NCBI GenBank assembly: GCA_965235115.1
Contig: OZ249436.1
Span: 11,224,001 to 11,288,000, forward strand
Length of the DNA: 64,000 nucleotides
Reading direction: 5' to 3'
Source of the DNA: Laetmonice hystrix
Taxonomy: Eukaryota
Below the pieces are notes generated by a model, which saw only the letters and a program-made list of their open reading frames with translations, was not told where the DNA came from and ran no database searches. Shown here in pieces: positions 13,693 to 26,660 of this stretch. Made by a program: the position numbers and the translations under genes. Position 1 is the first letter of the stretch; the number at the start of each line of letters is the position of its first letter.

Positions 13693-14606
13693 GGTAGCCA
13701 GAAAAAATTGTACCAGAGGAAATGGCACTGAAAAAAAACCCAGGAATAAATGGGGCATGAAACAAATGGCACAGGAAAAAATGGCAACAAGTGTTGACTG
13801 GGTAAAAATGGCACATACTGATGTAACAATTTCAAATTACCCCCTCATTTAACGTACCCCCGGTAATTTGAAACTAGCTTCAAGTTACCCGCTAGTTTCA
13901 AATTACCCCTCCATTTTCTTTGATAATCCTACACAAAGATAAGAAAAGGAAACATTAGTGTATGATATAATGTACGAATGTGAATTACCTATCATTATTG
14001 TGAAACATGATCGATCAGAATCTGCGACTCGTCGTTTGACTACCCCTACTATGGTCAAAAGGATAACACTGTATCTATTACCCCACTGGCCTTATAGGAA
14101 ACCCCATCCCCACAACGGTTGCCACCCTTACATAATTATACGTTCGATCACTTCGTTCTGGAAAAAGTTAAATATCACTGGAGGATTCAAATTCGACAGA
14201 ATTCGCCCCACCCACCCGCATTATCGTGTTAATGCTATCTGTGTTACCCAATCCATAGCGATGACCCCCCCCCCCTCCCGCCAGCAATTTTACATTTTTA
14301 CGTTGAATTTGGTTTTAAAGTACCGTGGGTATACTGAATTGGGGGAGGGGGTACATCTAAATTGGTACGCCGGTAATCAAAGTGAAGAGGTTTTGGGTTA
14401 GGGTTAGGGTTAGGGGAGTTTCTCCTTCTGATACCAGTATCTGATACTACCACTCACTCCATAGTTTCCGTTATAATTTTTCACAATAGAAAATAATTAT
14501 GCCTTTTTTTTCCTATCATAATTTCCTGTGCCATAATTTCCCTGTGCCACTTTTGTCTGTGCCATGCTTCCAGTGCCTTTTTTCCGGTGCCATTTTTTGA
14601 GATACC
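13693..14606. mobile_element. Foldback-like element with modular inverted arms and a probable nested TIR element (about 13817-14372)
   Basis: Left arm of GGCACAGGAAAAAAT-like subrepeats and right arm of their reverse complement; internal (GGTTAG)n at about 14396-14415. Confidence 0.6.
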
Positions 14607-14752
14607 CAGTTTTTGTGTGATTAACGCAAGCTAGGAGGTGCGAGTCATTTCAACTTCATTATTGGAAACGTTCTGTTTTTAACCCAGTGTGAGACTGTTG
14701 TGAAGTGAAAGATATTTTTGTATTTCACACAAAGATAATTACAGGCATTTGA

Positions 14753-15717
14753 AGGTGTTACTGAGGGCTGGCGACAAACGTGCAACCCTACCTCGCAGGT
14801 GTTATTGAGGCCTGGCGACAAACGTGCAACCCTACCTCGCAGGTGTTATTGAGGCCTGGCGACAAACGTGCAACCCTACCTCGCAGGTGTTATTGAGGCC
14901 TGGCGACAAACGTGCAACCCTACCTCGCAGGTGTTATTGAGGCCTGGCGACAAACGTGCAACCCTACCTCGCAGGTGTTATTGGGGCCTGGCGACAAACA
15001 TGTAACTCTACCTCGAAGGTGTTATTGGGGCCTGGCGACAAACATGTAACCCTACCTCGAAGGTGTTATTGGGGCCTGGCGACAAACATGTAACCCTACC
15101 TCGCAGGTGTTATTGGGGCCTGGCGACAAACGTGCAACCCTACCTCGCAGGTGTTATTGAGGGCTAGCGACAACCGTGCAACCCTACCTCGCAGGTGTTA
15201 TTGGGGGCTGGCGACAAACGTGTAACCCTACCTCGCAGGTGTTATTGGGGCCTGGCGACCAACGTGCAACCCTACCTCGCAGGTGTTATTGGGGCCTGGC
15301 GACCAACGTGCAACCCTACCTCGCAGGTGTTATTGGGGCCTGGCGACAAACGTGCAACCCTACCTCGCAGGTGTTATTGGGGGCATGGCGACCAACGTGC
15401 AACCCTACCTCGAAGGTGTTATTGGGGCCTGGCGACAAACGTGCAACCCTACCTCGCAGGTGTTATTGAGGGCTGGCGACAAACGTGTAACCCTACCTCG
15501 CAGGTGTTATTGGGGCCTGGCGACCAACGTGCAACCCTACCTTGCAGGTGTTATTGGGGCCTGGCGACAAAAATGTAACCCTACCTCGCAGGTGTTATTG
15601 GGGGCTGGCGACAAACGTGCAGTGCTACCTGGCAGGTGTTATTGGGGGCTGGGGACAAACATGTAACCCTACCTCGCAGGTGTTATGGGGGCTGGCGACA
15701 AACGTGCAACCCTACCT
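14753..15717. repeat. Minisatellite, 44-bp unit, about 22 copies
   Basis: GAGGCCTGGCGACAAACGTGCAACCCTACCTCGCAGGTGTTATT tandem. Confidence 0.97.
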
Positions 15718-16189
15718 ACAGTAGGCCTTTACACAAAATAACCTAATGTAATGTAATGTAATGATGTTTGCTATACACACACTCTCCCAAACACTCTGCC
15801 CCATGTAATCAAAAACAGAGAAAGACAATTTTCCTTATCTCAAGACAATAATTATTGTTTTACACATTTTACATAATTTCTCCCTAGGTGTGATTATCAT
15901 CTCTAGCTGAGCCGTGCGCGCAGGATACCGTCATCGTAGCAGTCATAGAGTGTCTAATTTTAATACTGTCAATACGGGCATTCTGAAATATGACTAAATC
16001 TTAGTTTAAATGCATGGGCAAACAAATAGATTACTTTCTTGGCCTACTACCCTCGACCATGCCCTGGTACTTTAAAACATTTCTATATAACTGACAGTGA
16101 TTCATTATCAAGGAAGGAGCACTGGACAATCGCCCCATTCTGACTCTTGGGCGATCAATGTACATGGAAGTTGTTATACCGCCATCATT

Positions 16190-16560
16190 GTGCTATAATT
16201 ATGCTGCTTCACTCCATATGCTAAATGTTGGGTCGGTAATTTGTCGGCAGCGACCACGGTCGTTGTGCCATTGAAGGTGCCGGTTGGAAACACCGACCCT
16301 GCCATCATTCACACAGCTTTTGGTATTATAGCCTTTCAATTGGCCATTAGCACAATTCATGTTGTCAGGGTAAGACAATGGCTTAGGCTCCATATATACC
16401 GACAGTAACTCATAATATACAATGGTATTTACCCGCAGAGAGGAGAATGGATGAATGAGTAAATTGATGGTGGCATGTCGACCTCCAGGACATTGGGTGG
16501 AGGCATTGTCCGAGTCGGGACACTTTGGTAGAGATATCGTTACACCGTGCCAGTCGTCAC
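16190..16560 (-). mobile_element. Possible decayed Gypsy integrase fragment
   Basis: Manual translation across frameshifts gives ordered weak matches to G.P..I.S, YP...NGQ...N and LAYG.EA. Confidence 0.3.
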
Positions 16561-16974
16561 GTCAGCATTACGTACTGGAGCAATACTCTATCTCACAGCG
16601 TCTTAGCTTTAGCGTTCTTTTCTGTGAATTCAATCTTCAATCAAATTTATCTTCACTTTCAAGTATTTTTTGTGAGGATGTCTATAATGATAAGTTCGAA
16701 TATCGCTCGCCTTCATTGACTACTACATTGACTTGTTTTTTCATAATTATTTTCTACTTAAACTGATTCCCTCGGAAAATAATCATGTAATACTAGGAGC
16801 ATTCTATCTTCTATAAAACCGCGGCAGTTTCCTAATTAAGATTAAACGAAAACAAAAACAAGGCTTAAGATATTGAAATTTGACAAAAACTGCTCTTTAT
16901 AACAATATTCACGACTGGGGAACTAAGGCCGACCCTGACTCAGTATCAACCATACATATAGAATCAGTGAGTTT

Positions 16975-17012
16975 AACGGCTAGAGAAACCGGAGTGCCCG
17001 GGGGAAATCACC
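16975..17012 (-). mobile_element. SINE core fragment (V/Meta-type central domain-like)
   Basis: GAGAAACCGGAGTGCCCGGGGGAAA is the reverse complement of the TTTCCCCCGGGCACTCCGGTTTC motif typical of V/Meta SINE cores. Confidence 0.45.
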
Positions 17013-17816
17013 TACATTGAGTAGATAACAAAGTTTCTTACATGAGCCACCAAGGATTTTCGAGCCCAGAGGTGGTAGATCCTGAAAGTTTGTTCGCCAC
17101 CCAGATTTAGACTGCTGATCCATATCGGCCATCCTCCGTATGGTCGGTCGACGTAGCTTAAGTCCTTGGACTTTTTATTCTGACGTTTGTATAGCATGTA
17201 TGTCTTTTAGTTATTATAGGAATATAATAATGAGAAGCCTATAAAATCAGTGAAGGAAGGCAGAAACGTCTCTATCTCAAAGACTGAGTGATATTGTCAT
17301 TGAAATCGAACGGCTTGTTCATAATCGCTCTTCCACACGGCACTTTATCACTGTCTAACGGCCGGAGGACAATGAAACAAATTGGTTCGAGCCTCCAATT
17401 AGATTGTCAGCCTCAGCTCATTCTGTGCACCGTCAGCATACGAACCGTCCAGCCGACTCATTGCCTCAGATGTATTGGCTAATTCAGCCTCGTCGCCGTC
17501 TGACATCAGAACTAACCTCGTTGACCCGACCTGTGGAAGTTAAAAAAAGGAAAAGTCGTGGGAGGCGATTGCCTGATCTAAGTATGGAATAGAGTAGACA
17601 ACGTAACGGACGTGTGACGAACGCAACACGCGATGGATTGTAGCATTTCGGCACGTCACCGTTTTATAACGTGATTTAAGGTGGAGGGCCCGAAGGGGAA
17701 AAAACCCACAAGAGTAACTGCAATTACGTCAGCATTTGACGTATACACATAAAGGAGTTGCATGATAATTGTTTCATATTTGCTTCCGTCTGCGTCTTTC
17801 CTCGGGCACACTGAAC

Positions 17817-18900
17817 GTGTCAATATGACACGGCCTGCCTGGCGCTGAGCCGTTACAACGTCTGATTCCCCGCGTCAATATGACACGGCCTGCCTGGCGC
17901 TGAGCCGTAACAACGTCTGATTCCTCGCGTCAATATGACACGGCCTGCCTGGCGCTGAGCCGTAACAACGTCTGATTCCTCGCGTCAATATGACACGGCC
18001 TGCCAGGCGCTGAGCCCCTCGCGTCAATATGACACGGCCTGCCTGGCGCTGAGCCGTAACAACGTCTGATTCCTCGCGTCAATATGACACGGCCTGCCTG
18101 GCGCTGAGCCGTAACAACGTCTGATTGCTCGCGTCAATATGACACGGCCTGCCTGGCGCTGAGCCGTAACAACGTCTGATTCCTCGCGTCAATATGACAC
18201 ACGGCCTGCCTGGCGCTGAGCCGTTACAACGTCTGATTCCTCGCGTCAATATGACACGGCCTGACTGGCGTCAATATGACACGGCCTGCCTGGCGCTGAG
18301 CCGTAACAACGTCTGATTCCTCGCGTCAATATGACACACGGCCTGCCTGGCGCTGAGCCGTTACAACGTCTGATTCCTCGCGTCAATATGACACGGCCTA
18401 CCTGGCGCTGAGCCGTTACAACGTCTGATTCCTCGCGTCAATATGACACGGCCTGCCTGGCGCTGAGCCGTAACAACGTCTGATTCCTCGCGTCAATATG
18501 ACACGGCCTGCCTGGCGCTGAGCCGTTACAACGTCTGATTCCTCGCGTCAATATGACACGGCCTGCCTGGCGCTGAGCCGTAACAACGTCTGATTCCTCG
18601 CGTCAATATGACACGGCCTGCCTGGCGCTGAGCCGTAACAACGTCTGATTCCTCGCGTCAATATGACACGGCCTGACTGGCGTCAATATGACACGGCCTG
18701 CCTGGCGCTGAGCCGTAACAACGCCTGATTGCTCGCGTCAATATGACACGGCCTGCCTGGCGCTGAGCCGTAACAACGTCTGATTGCTCGCGTCAATATG
18801 ACACGGCCTGCCTGGCGCTGAGCCGTAACAACGTCTGATTCCTCGCGTCAATATGACACGGCCTGCCTGGCGCTGAGCCGTAACAACGTCTGATTCCTCG
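17817..18900. repeat. Minisatellite, 55-bp unit, about 20 copies
   Basis: CGCGTCAATATGACACGGCCTGCCTGGCGCTGAGCCGTAACAACGTCTGATTCCT tandem. Confidence 0.97.
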
Positions 18901-19994
18901 GAGATTTGCCAGAGTTGGAACCATCCATTTAAACCTGACACTCGCAACAGTTTAGGGACGGGGTGTTGGAGGAGGGGGGGGGGGGGGTCGAGGGTCAACT
19001 GGAGGTTATCGCAGAAACCGGATGGTACTAAATCTTAATAACTTAATCTTTAACCTAGTCGTGCTTGGTGGATGAAATACTCTCTGTGACGGACACTCGT
19101 TTTCTTTGGGTTGAGAGCATGTTTTTCCAATGTTCCCTTTAAAGTCAGTCTTTAACTGCTACTAATTAGCCCCACGACCAAACAAATTTACTGGATGGGT
19201 GCTCTGGATTGTGTAAGCCATACTTCCTTCAAAACAACCAGCCCGACTCATGTTTAAGGGGAAAGTTTGTACCCATCGTAGATATGCGTTGAGCCACACC
19301 AGACGCGAATAGTAAAAACTTTGTGAATCGATGTCATCCGCCGTGAGATGCACAATGATAGAAGTGTACTGTGCAATCGATGCGAAGGCTTACATATCGC
19401 AACCACTGCAACTTGGTATGACACAGACTCATCAGAGATCGTTCAAATCCGCATGGAATATCTGACATGTCATGCGAGAATTGTATCGCATGCCTCGCCA
19501 AATATCCATGGATATAGGAGTACAGTCCTGCCAACATACCATAAAAATTATCTCACGTCAGCTCAAAAGGTGTCTGTATATATACAGGCCTACAAGCTCC
19601 AGTTTACTATGTCGTGCTGTATAAATGCGGACCGTCTACCTGACTTATATAGAGGGAGGTCCATTTGGCAATTTTCCAATAATTCAGCAACAAAACTAAA
19701 TTGATTTTTTGACGCGATGCATTTTGGTTGTTGCAATTTATTTTACACATTATCGTCATGAACACATGCATATTGAGTTTTATCAACTTTTTCTTTATAC
19801 CTTTTGTCTGTATCAATATTTTGCTGCAAGTTATTCATGCAATTTAGTCTTATGTATCAAAATCCGTATACGAAAGAACACTGAGAGGAGATTTACGGTA
19901 AGAGAGATCGCGAAGGAGAACAAACGTAAGTGGTATATATCAATATATAGCATCGCATGATCATGGCAATCAGCAAAATCCACACCGCGCATTA

Positions 19995-20850
19995 GGGTCG
20001 GCTGGAAGCAAATCAGTTGTCCTTCCCAGCCAGATAACCTGGAGTGATGTTGGCAGATGCTAGCGGATTGAACCAATATCGATAGTATTTTGGAGTAAGT
20101 ATAGCCATACAATTTCATCTAGTAGGTCTGTGCTTGCAGAGCAGCGAGAAGAAATCTTGGTGTGCGGCCAACTAGAAACGTATAGGCAGGTGCAACAGTT
20201 TAATTGCTAGGAATCTCTCTCCTGGCAGCCGATAATGACTGCTTTAGATTTACACATATATTCTCAACGCACGCTATGGTTGTCTGGTGGTTTGGAGCAA
20301 GGCTCAGTGCTTGTTCATTGCAGTCAAGAATAGGAGCCTTAAATAAACAGTACGTACTTAGTGTTTCAATTGGGTTAAGGAGAACTCTGATAGGCCTAGT
20401 TAAAACAGCGCTGGGTCTCTGGCGTCAGGAATCTGTTTGCAATCGTGTCAAGAAAATGACACCAACAATAGGACGTTATTTCACTTGTAAAAAGGACATG
20501 TGAAAAAAGGACATGTGAATTGAACAATTTCAAGAACACGAGGACTGAAAATAGGACCCACACTAACTCAGCGAAACCGCACTATTTTTTTAAAGCAAGC
20601 GTCACACCTTCATTGCCGAAGGGCAGGAAACAAAATCGTGCAGGCTCTGACATCGGGCCATAGCAATTTACCATCCAAGTGGGCTGATGCATCGCACTGA
20701 CTGGCCTTACTGTCGGTCAATGCATATCTCTCGATCACAAGTGTCTCCTGTGCATGCAGTCTTCATCATCCCACCTTTGCTGACTATATTGGTGGCAGTA
20801 TCCGGACCTTTAACGGACCATCTGTATGATTATGTCCATGCCATCCCAGT
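19995..20850 (-). mobile_element. Decayed Ty3/Gypsy pol relic (RT plus RNase H)
   Basis: Minus-strand motifs in correct order despite stops and frameshifts: ICID, GW*IAM...F.PFG, LQTDS*....AVL, FLAIK, YTFLVGR, RYWFNPLASANITPGYLAGKDN. Confidence 0.55.
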
Positions 20851-21424
20851 CATTGACAGGATGCGCAATTGACGGAGTGGTTCTAGAAAAGGCCGACCTT
20901 GGGCCAAACACACTCATTAGATTTATGTTATCTACTCTAAAATCCGAGAACAGGTTTCCCCCCAGACAGCTACAGTTTGAGAGTCCTCACACTTCTAACT
21001 ACAGTGACAGAAAGAGATACAGGATGGGTCATAATGGCAAATCGTCGCAACCACCGTCTGGCCAGGATCCCACGGTTCATGAAAAAAGGGAACTCGACGC
21101 TGTCCAAGGGGCCGACTCGGTGCAAATAATTTTGATGGAGGCTATAGGACATCGATTGCATGGTTGTTCCAAGGCCATGAGCGTTTTATTAACACCCTGG
21201 AACATGTTTGATGCAATGTAATGCTGTCCACCTTACTCGCGAAAATATTTATAACATTTTGATCCAATAAAAATAGACATGATTGTAGCATAACGCATCA
21301 GTACACACTGAATGAGTTTATTTTCCATGCACGAGAATTGACCGAAACATATTGGTATTTCGATATCAACTCCGACGTGTGAGGATGTAATCCTGGGTTT
21401 TTTCTTTGAATTCGTATCGGTTAC

Positions 21425-21632
21425 ACGTATGGGGGACTGCTGTGGCTCCTTCATACGTATGGGGGCCTGCTGTGGCTCCTTCATACGTATGGGGGACTGC
21501 TGTGGCTCCTTCATACGTATGGGGGACTGCTGTGGCTCCTTCGTACGTATGGGGGCCTGCTGTTGCTCCTTCATACGTATGGGGGACTGCTGTGGCTCCT
21601 TCATACGTATGGGGGACTGCTGTGGCTCCTTC
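21425..21632. repeat. Minisatellite, 30-bp unit, 7 copies
   Basis: ACGTATGGGGGACTGCTGTGGCTCCTTCAT tandem. Confidence 0.95.
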
Positions 21633-22630
21633 AGGTCAATCAAAAACTGTTGCAGTATCCCTCTGAAGGTCAAATGACTGCAGATTGGACAAAGTTTCGT
21701 CTTAATGTTATATACATCAGATAATAAGCGTCTGGTTGAAGATAACAGGATGTGTTGTGATATATTCGATCTTGGTGAGAGGCTTACTAATCACGTTCAC
21801 CTGAGCGATAGCGAGAGAGTTGTCTGACTTGATATCATTATTACCATAATGCTGGGTCAGGTCATGTCCTGTACCAACCAACCACGACCGATGTCATCAG
21901 TCTCTGCCGAGGTTTAACTATCTTCAACTCATGGCCTGCTATAGGTTCACATTATACGGAGCAAGTTCTTGATATGACCGGAGCAGGATATGTTTGCCTT
22001 GAGAAAAGAACATAACATGCTTATGAAAGGAGCCTTTTGCAAATTATGGCCCGTTGAGAGATAGTGACCTTAGTACCGTGGCTTAAATTTTCTTCGGTTG
22101 ATCCTTTTAACAGATCAAAATGACAGAAACGACGATCTTTACTTAAATCCTGGCTGCGCCGGTGCCAATCCTTCGTTTTCTGACGCAAAGGAAAGACGCA
22201 TTATCGAACCAAAAATGGGAGTAATTGTGTACGCTTTATGAAAGGGCAGTGCAGCAGTCACTGAAAACACATGCAAACATCCTTCGTAAAAAAACTACTT
22301 ATTGTTTAAAGTCATTGTCAGAGCTGCACCTGCCCCTACTACTTCCCTGAATCAACCACGGATTGTACCCGACCAGATTGACAAAATGACCAGATGAACG
22401 TTTTCCGACAGCCCGAAATCTGTTACGCCACTGATAAAAACATCTTAATGTCCTTACCTGCCCTACATCTCGTTATCTCAGGACGAAAGAAATGACATTA
22501 TGACGTCACAGAGTTTTGAGATCTAATAAATCCAGCTAATTCTGCATGGAAGTTCTGTTCATATTTCATATTGCCTAGATCAGGGACGACTTGACGTCAC
22601 TACCTAGGCATTAGTGTTAAGTTATAGATC

Positions 22631-22812
22631 CATTCGGAACGACCGAGCCATTTCCGGTTTACTTTCCTTTCGGGAACTGGACTCGGACAGTGAAAATGCC
22701 ATCTTGCTTTGCTGACGTCACCAAACTATTTTCAAAATGTAAACACAGACATGTGTTCGGGGGAATATGACCTAGAAACAGCCAATCAGAAACAGCGTCG
22801 GTCGTTCGAGTG
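22631..22812. mobile_element. Mutator (MULE)-like MITE with 9-bp TSD
   Basis: TTATAGATC|CATTCGGAACGACCGA ... TCGGTCGTTCGAGTG|TTATAGATC. Confidence 0.8.
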
Positions 22813-24615
22813 TTATAGATCCTCTGTGGTGTCGCCATCTGGCGTTTGACTATGGTAGAACTCTCACGGAGAGAAGGAGAGAATGAACTTCCCTCCCAGT
22901 CGAAAGCGAGATAATCAACCGGTGATACTCATCCCTCCGATGGTGGTACAGCATATACTAAAAGGCGCCTTTAATTTTTGGGGCTCAAGCCAGCAACCTT
23001 TTGTTGGATTGGCGACCGTTTCTGCCATCTTCATCTATCATTACACTCCGACATCGTGAAGAAGATCATTCACCGCGTTCCCGGACTTCTACCTGGTGAA
23101 GAATAAACTAACCGGAAATCGGTCAATCGACCTTGAATGGAACCATGAGCGGTGCTGAGCGGCACGCGATCCAACGTTCTCAAGACTGCCGAGCGAGGGG
23201 AACCAGGCACAGCACGCCCGCAGTCGGCCCAGAAAACCATCCCTAGAAATACTTCCGGCCAAATCCCCCGCTTCAATTCGTCCATCACACACACGTACAC
23301 ACCGCGTGCTTTCTGAACGGGGAAGCAAATCTGAAAGAAGTTCAAGACGTTTGGATGTATCGCTGGTGGCATATAGAACTCCTGACATCGTACACGAGAA
23401 TACTAGTATAACGGAACGTTCGACTGTTGACACTGGTAGGATATTCCGGGCTCTGATGGCCCGGGAACTTTGCTGAAAGCGTGGAAGAAGGGCGATAAGA
23501 GGCAGTTTGTAAAGCTTCACCGGATAATCCGATCTGGAACACATTACGAAAGACAATTTGTGAGAAGGAAAGGTCTTACAGCGCCCTCTCCTGGCTGAGG
23601 TCATGTTGGCGATATCCATTGGTCAGCCAAATGGACAAACAGTGATGGATGCCCAGGGGGCCCCTCGTAGGACCCGACGTCATCAACTATGTGGCTGCCA
23701 CCCAACCTCGTAATACGGGGCTTTAGAATGCGCCAGAGGGCAAACTGAATCATTCATTCGTCATCCATTAACTCGCAACCGGTGGATAAATATCGTTTCA
23801 TGATATTCAACCACAAATATTGATACACTTTGAAAACGTTTTGATTCATGGGCCTGGTGTAGAATCGGACAGACCAGGATCAGGCAAAGTTAGGGTGTGG
23901 GGTGACGAGTGTCATGGCAGCCTCAGCATGCAGACAATTCATCATCGACAAAATAACTGTTTCTACGTTGACAGTATGAACAAAAGGAGCTAATAAAACA
24001 GGAGATTTATTTTTATAATTAATATTTATTAGTCGTTTAAATATATGCTGGAAGGCACAATGTAATAACAGAAAATGTGTTGCTTCTACCGCCCGGTAAT
24101 TGCTTTGGGAATAATTCAGGATCACTGAGAAATTTCCCTCTCAAATATGAAGTAAAATTGAAGTAAGAAATTACTGCGGTTATCTTCTAAAGCCACACCT
24201 CACATTACTTGTGTTGTGTAATGTGTAGGAATATCCGAGGACTGTTAGTTTGACATGGACAGTAATGTTAGATCACACGTTTGCAGCCCAGTGTTATGAG
24301 TTTTGTTGCCATCCTGCCGTGCCTTTTAGATCAATAAAGTGTTTGATATTGAATCGTTCTCGGTCGGCGCAGGTTCTTTGATCTTGGTAAAAAATTACTC
24401 CGAACTTAGAAAAACTTTATTCGGCCTGCTGGGCTGTCGTGCATCTTGCTCTTCTCTGAACGTATGTTTATTTGAACTATCCACGATATAATATAGTCCA
24501 CTTTATTGAACTTCAGATGGAATGCGATGTCCAGAGCGAGAGCGTTCAACCTTTTGCGGAATGTAATTTCGGTTCTCTAAATTTCTCGCTGAAATTCATA
24601 GGAGATTGAAGGGAA

Positions 24616-25930
24616 ATGGATGAAGGCGGTGCACCCCGAGCATTCGTTAATCTCTTGGCTACTGTTCTATGGATCAAGGCGGTACACCTCGAACATTCGT
24701 TAATCTCTTGGCTACTGTTCTATGTATCAAGGCGGTACACCCCGAGCATTCGTTAATCTCTTGGCTACTGTTCTATGGATCAAGGCGGTACACCTCGAAC
24801 ATTCGTTAATCTCTTGGCTACTGTTCTATGTATCAAGGCGGTACACCTCGAGCATTCGTTAATCTCTTGGCTACTGTTCTATGGATCAAGGTGGTACACC
24901 TCGAGCATTCGTTAATCTCTTGGCTACTGTTCTATGGATCAAGGCGGTACACCTCGAGCATTCGTTAATCTCTTGGCTACTGTTCTATGGATGAAGGCGG
25001 TACACCTCGAGCATTCGTTAATCTCTTGGCTACTGTTCTATGGATCAAGGCGGTACACCTCGAACATTCGTTAATCTCTTGGCTACTGTTCTATGTATCA
25101 AGGCGGTACACCTCGAGCATTCGTTAATCTCTTGGCTACTGTTCTATGGATCAAGGCGGTACACCTCGAGCATTCGTTAATCTCTTGGCTACTGTTCTAT
25201 GGATCAAGGCGGTACACCTCGAGCATTCGTTAATCTCTTGGCTACTGTTCTATGGATCAAGGCGGTACACCTCGAGCATTCGTTAATCTCTTGGCTACTG
25301 TTCTATGGATCAAGGCGGTACACCTCGAGCATTCGTTAATCTCTTGGCTACTGTTCTATGGATGAAGGCGGTACACCTCGAGCATTCGTTAATCTCTTGG
25401 CTACTGTTCTATGGATGAAGGCGGTACACCTCGAGCATTCGTTAATCTCTTGGCTACTGTTCTATGGATCAAGGCGGTACACCTCAAGCATTCGTTAATC
25501 TCTTGGCTACTGTTCTATGGATCAAGGCGGTACACCTCGAACATTCGTTAATCTCTTGGCTACTGTTCTATGGATCAAGGCGGTACACCTCGAACATTCG
25601 TTAATCTCTTGGCTACTGTTCTATGCATCAAGGCGGTACACCTCGAGCATTCGTTAATCTCTTGGCTACTGTTCTATGGATCAAGGTGGTACACCTCGAG
25701 CATTCGTTAATCTCTTGGCTACTGTTCTATGGATCAAGGCGGTACACCTCGAGCATTCGTTAATCTCTGGGCTACTGTTCTATGGATCAAGGCGGTACAC
25801 CTCGAACATTCGTTAATCTCTTGGCTACTGTTCTATGGATCAAGGCGGTACACCTCGAGCATTCGTTAATCTCTTGGCTACTGTTCTATGGATCAAGGCG
25901 GTACACCTCGAGCATTCGTTGGCTACTGTT
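24616..25930. repeat. Minisatellite, 53-bp unit, about 25 copies
   Basis: ATGGATCAAGGCGGTACACCTCGAGCATTCGTTAATCTCTTGGCTACTGTTCT tandem, highly homogeneous. Confidence 0.97.
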
Positions 25931-25997
25931 TTTCCTACTGAGCTGACCTTAGAAGGAGAGTTTTAACGATTTCTGACAGCGTCTCGTGAGGCAGGTG

Positions 25998-26414
25998 CAG
26001 GGTGTCAAGTTCCTATTTTTTCCTATTTTTCCTATTTTTCAGCATTATTCCTATTTTTCCTATTTTTGGAGTAAACTTCCTATTTTTTCCTATTTTTTAG
26101 GCAGATCCCAAAAATATTCCTACACATGTCTTTAGTCGATTTTTATAATCCGTAAAATTGCGTGAATTTCAATAAATGGTACCAAAGTGAAGACCATCTC
26201 GTCGCTGGACATCTTTTTACAAAGGCTTAAGCTTTAATATCTCAAAAATTAGTCAAAAAAGATAACATGTTTATCTAAGTCGATACTGACTATTTAAAAA
26301 CATTCCTATTTTCCATATATTTTTTGTTTGATATTCCTATTTTATTCTTATTTTTGGGGACAGCACATTCCTATTTTCCTATTTTTTTTAGGGTCATTGG
26401 CACTTGACACCCTG
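25998..26414. mobile_element. MITE with perfect 13-bp TIR CAGGGTGTCAAGT
   Basis: CAGGTG|CAGGGTGTCAAGT ... ACTTGACACCCTG|CAGGTG; internal TTCCTATTTTT subrepeats. Confidence 0.85.
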
Positions 26415-26417
26415 CAG

Positions 26418-26660
26418 GTGTGGTCCAGCCGTCCACTAGTCCCAATCTCTCGGAAGTCCCGAGCAGTGCGGCCTGCAGTGAGACCTAGTACCCCACAAGG
26501 TGGCTAGCCCAACATGGACCACCCCGTTTGGACCCCCTAAATGAAATTGTCAAGGGACCAGCCCAGTTGGGTCTAATAGTCCAGCCCCTGGACTATGTGG
26601 ACCAGCCGTCCACTAGTCCCAATCTCTCGGAAGTCCCGAACAGTGCGGCCTACAGTGATA
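26418..26660. repeat. Roughly 60-bp direct repeat pair (about 26420 and 26597)
   Basis: CCAGCCGTCCACTAGTCCCAATCTCTCGGAAGTCCCGA..CAGTGCGGCCT occurs twice. Confidence 0.8.

Noticed and set aside
19420..19440. Hammerhead ribozyme core (CTGATGAG on the minus strand; also CTGATGA at about 10327, 39168 and 48139)
   Set aside because: No stem II followed by GAAA and no flanking helices.
23070..23619. 176-aa and 100-aa minus-strand ORFs
   Set aside because: No recognisable domain or splice structure; likely chance or TE-derived.
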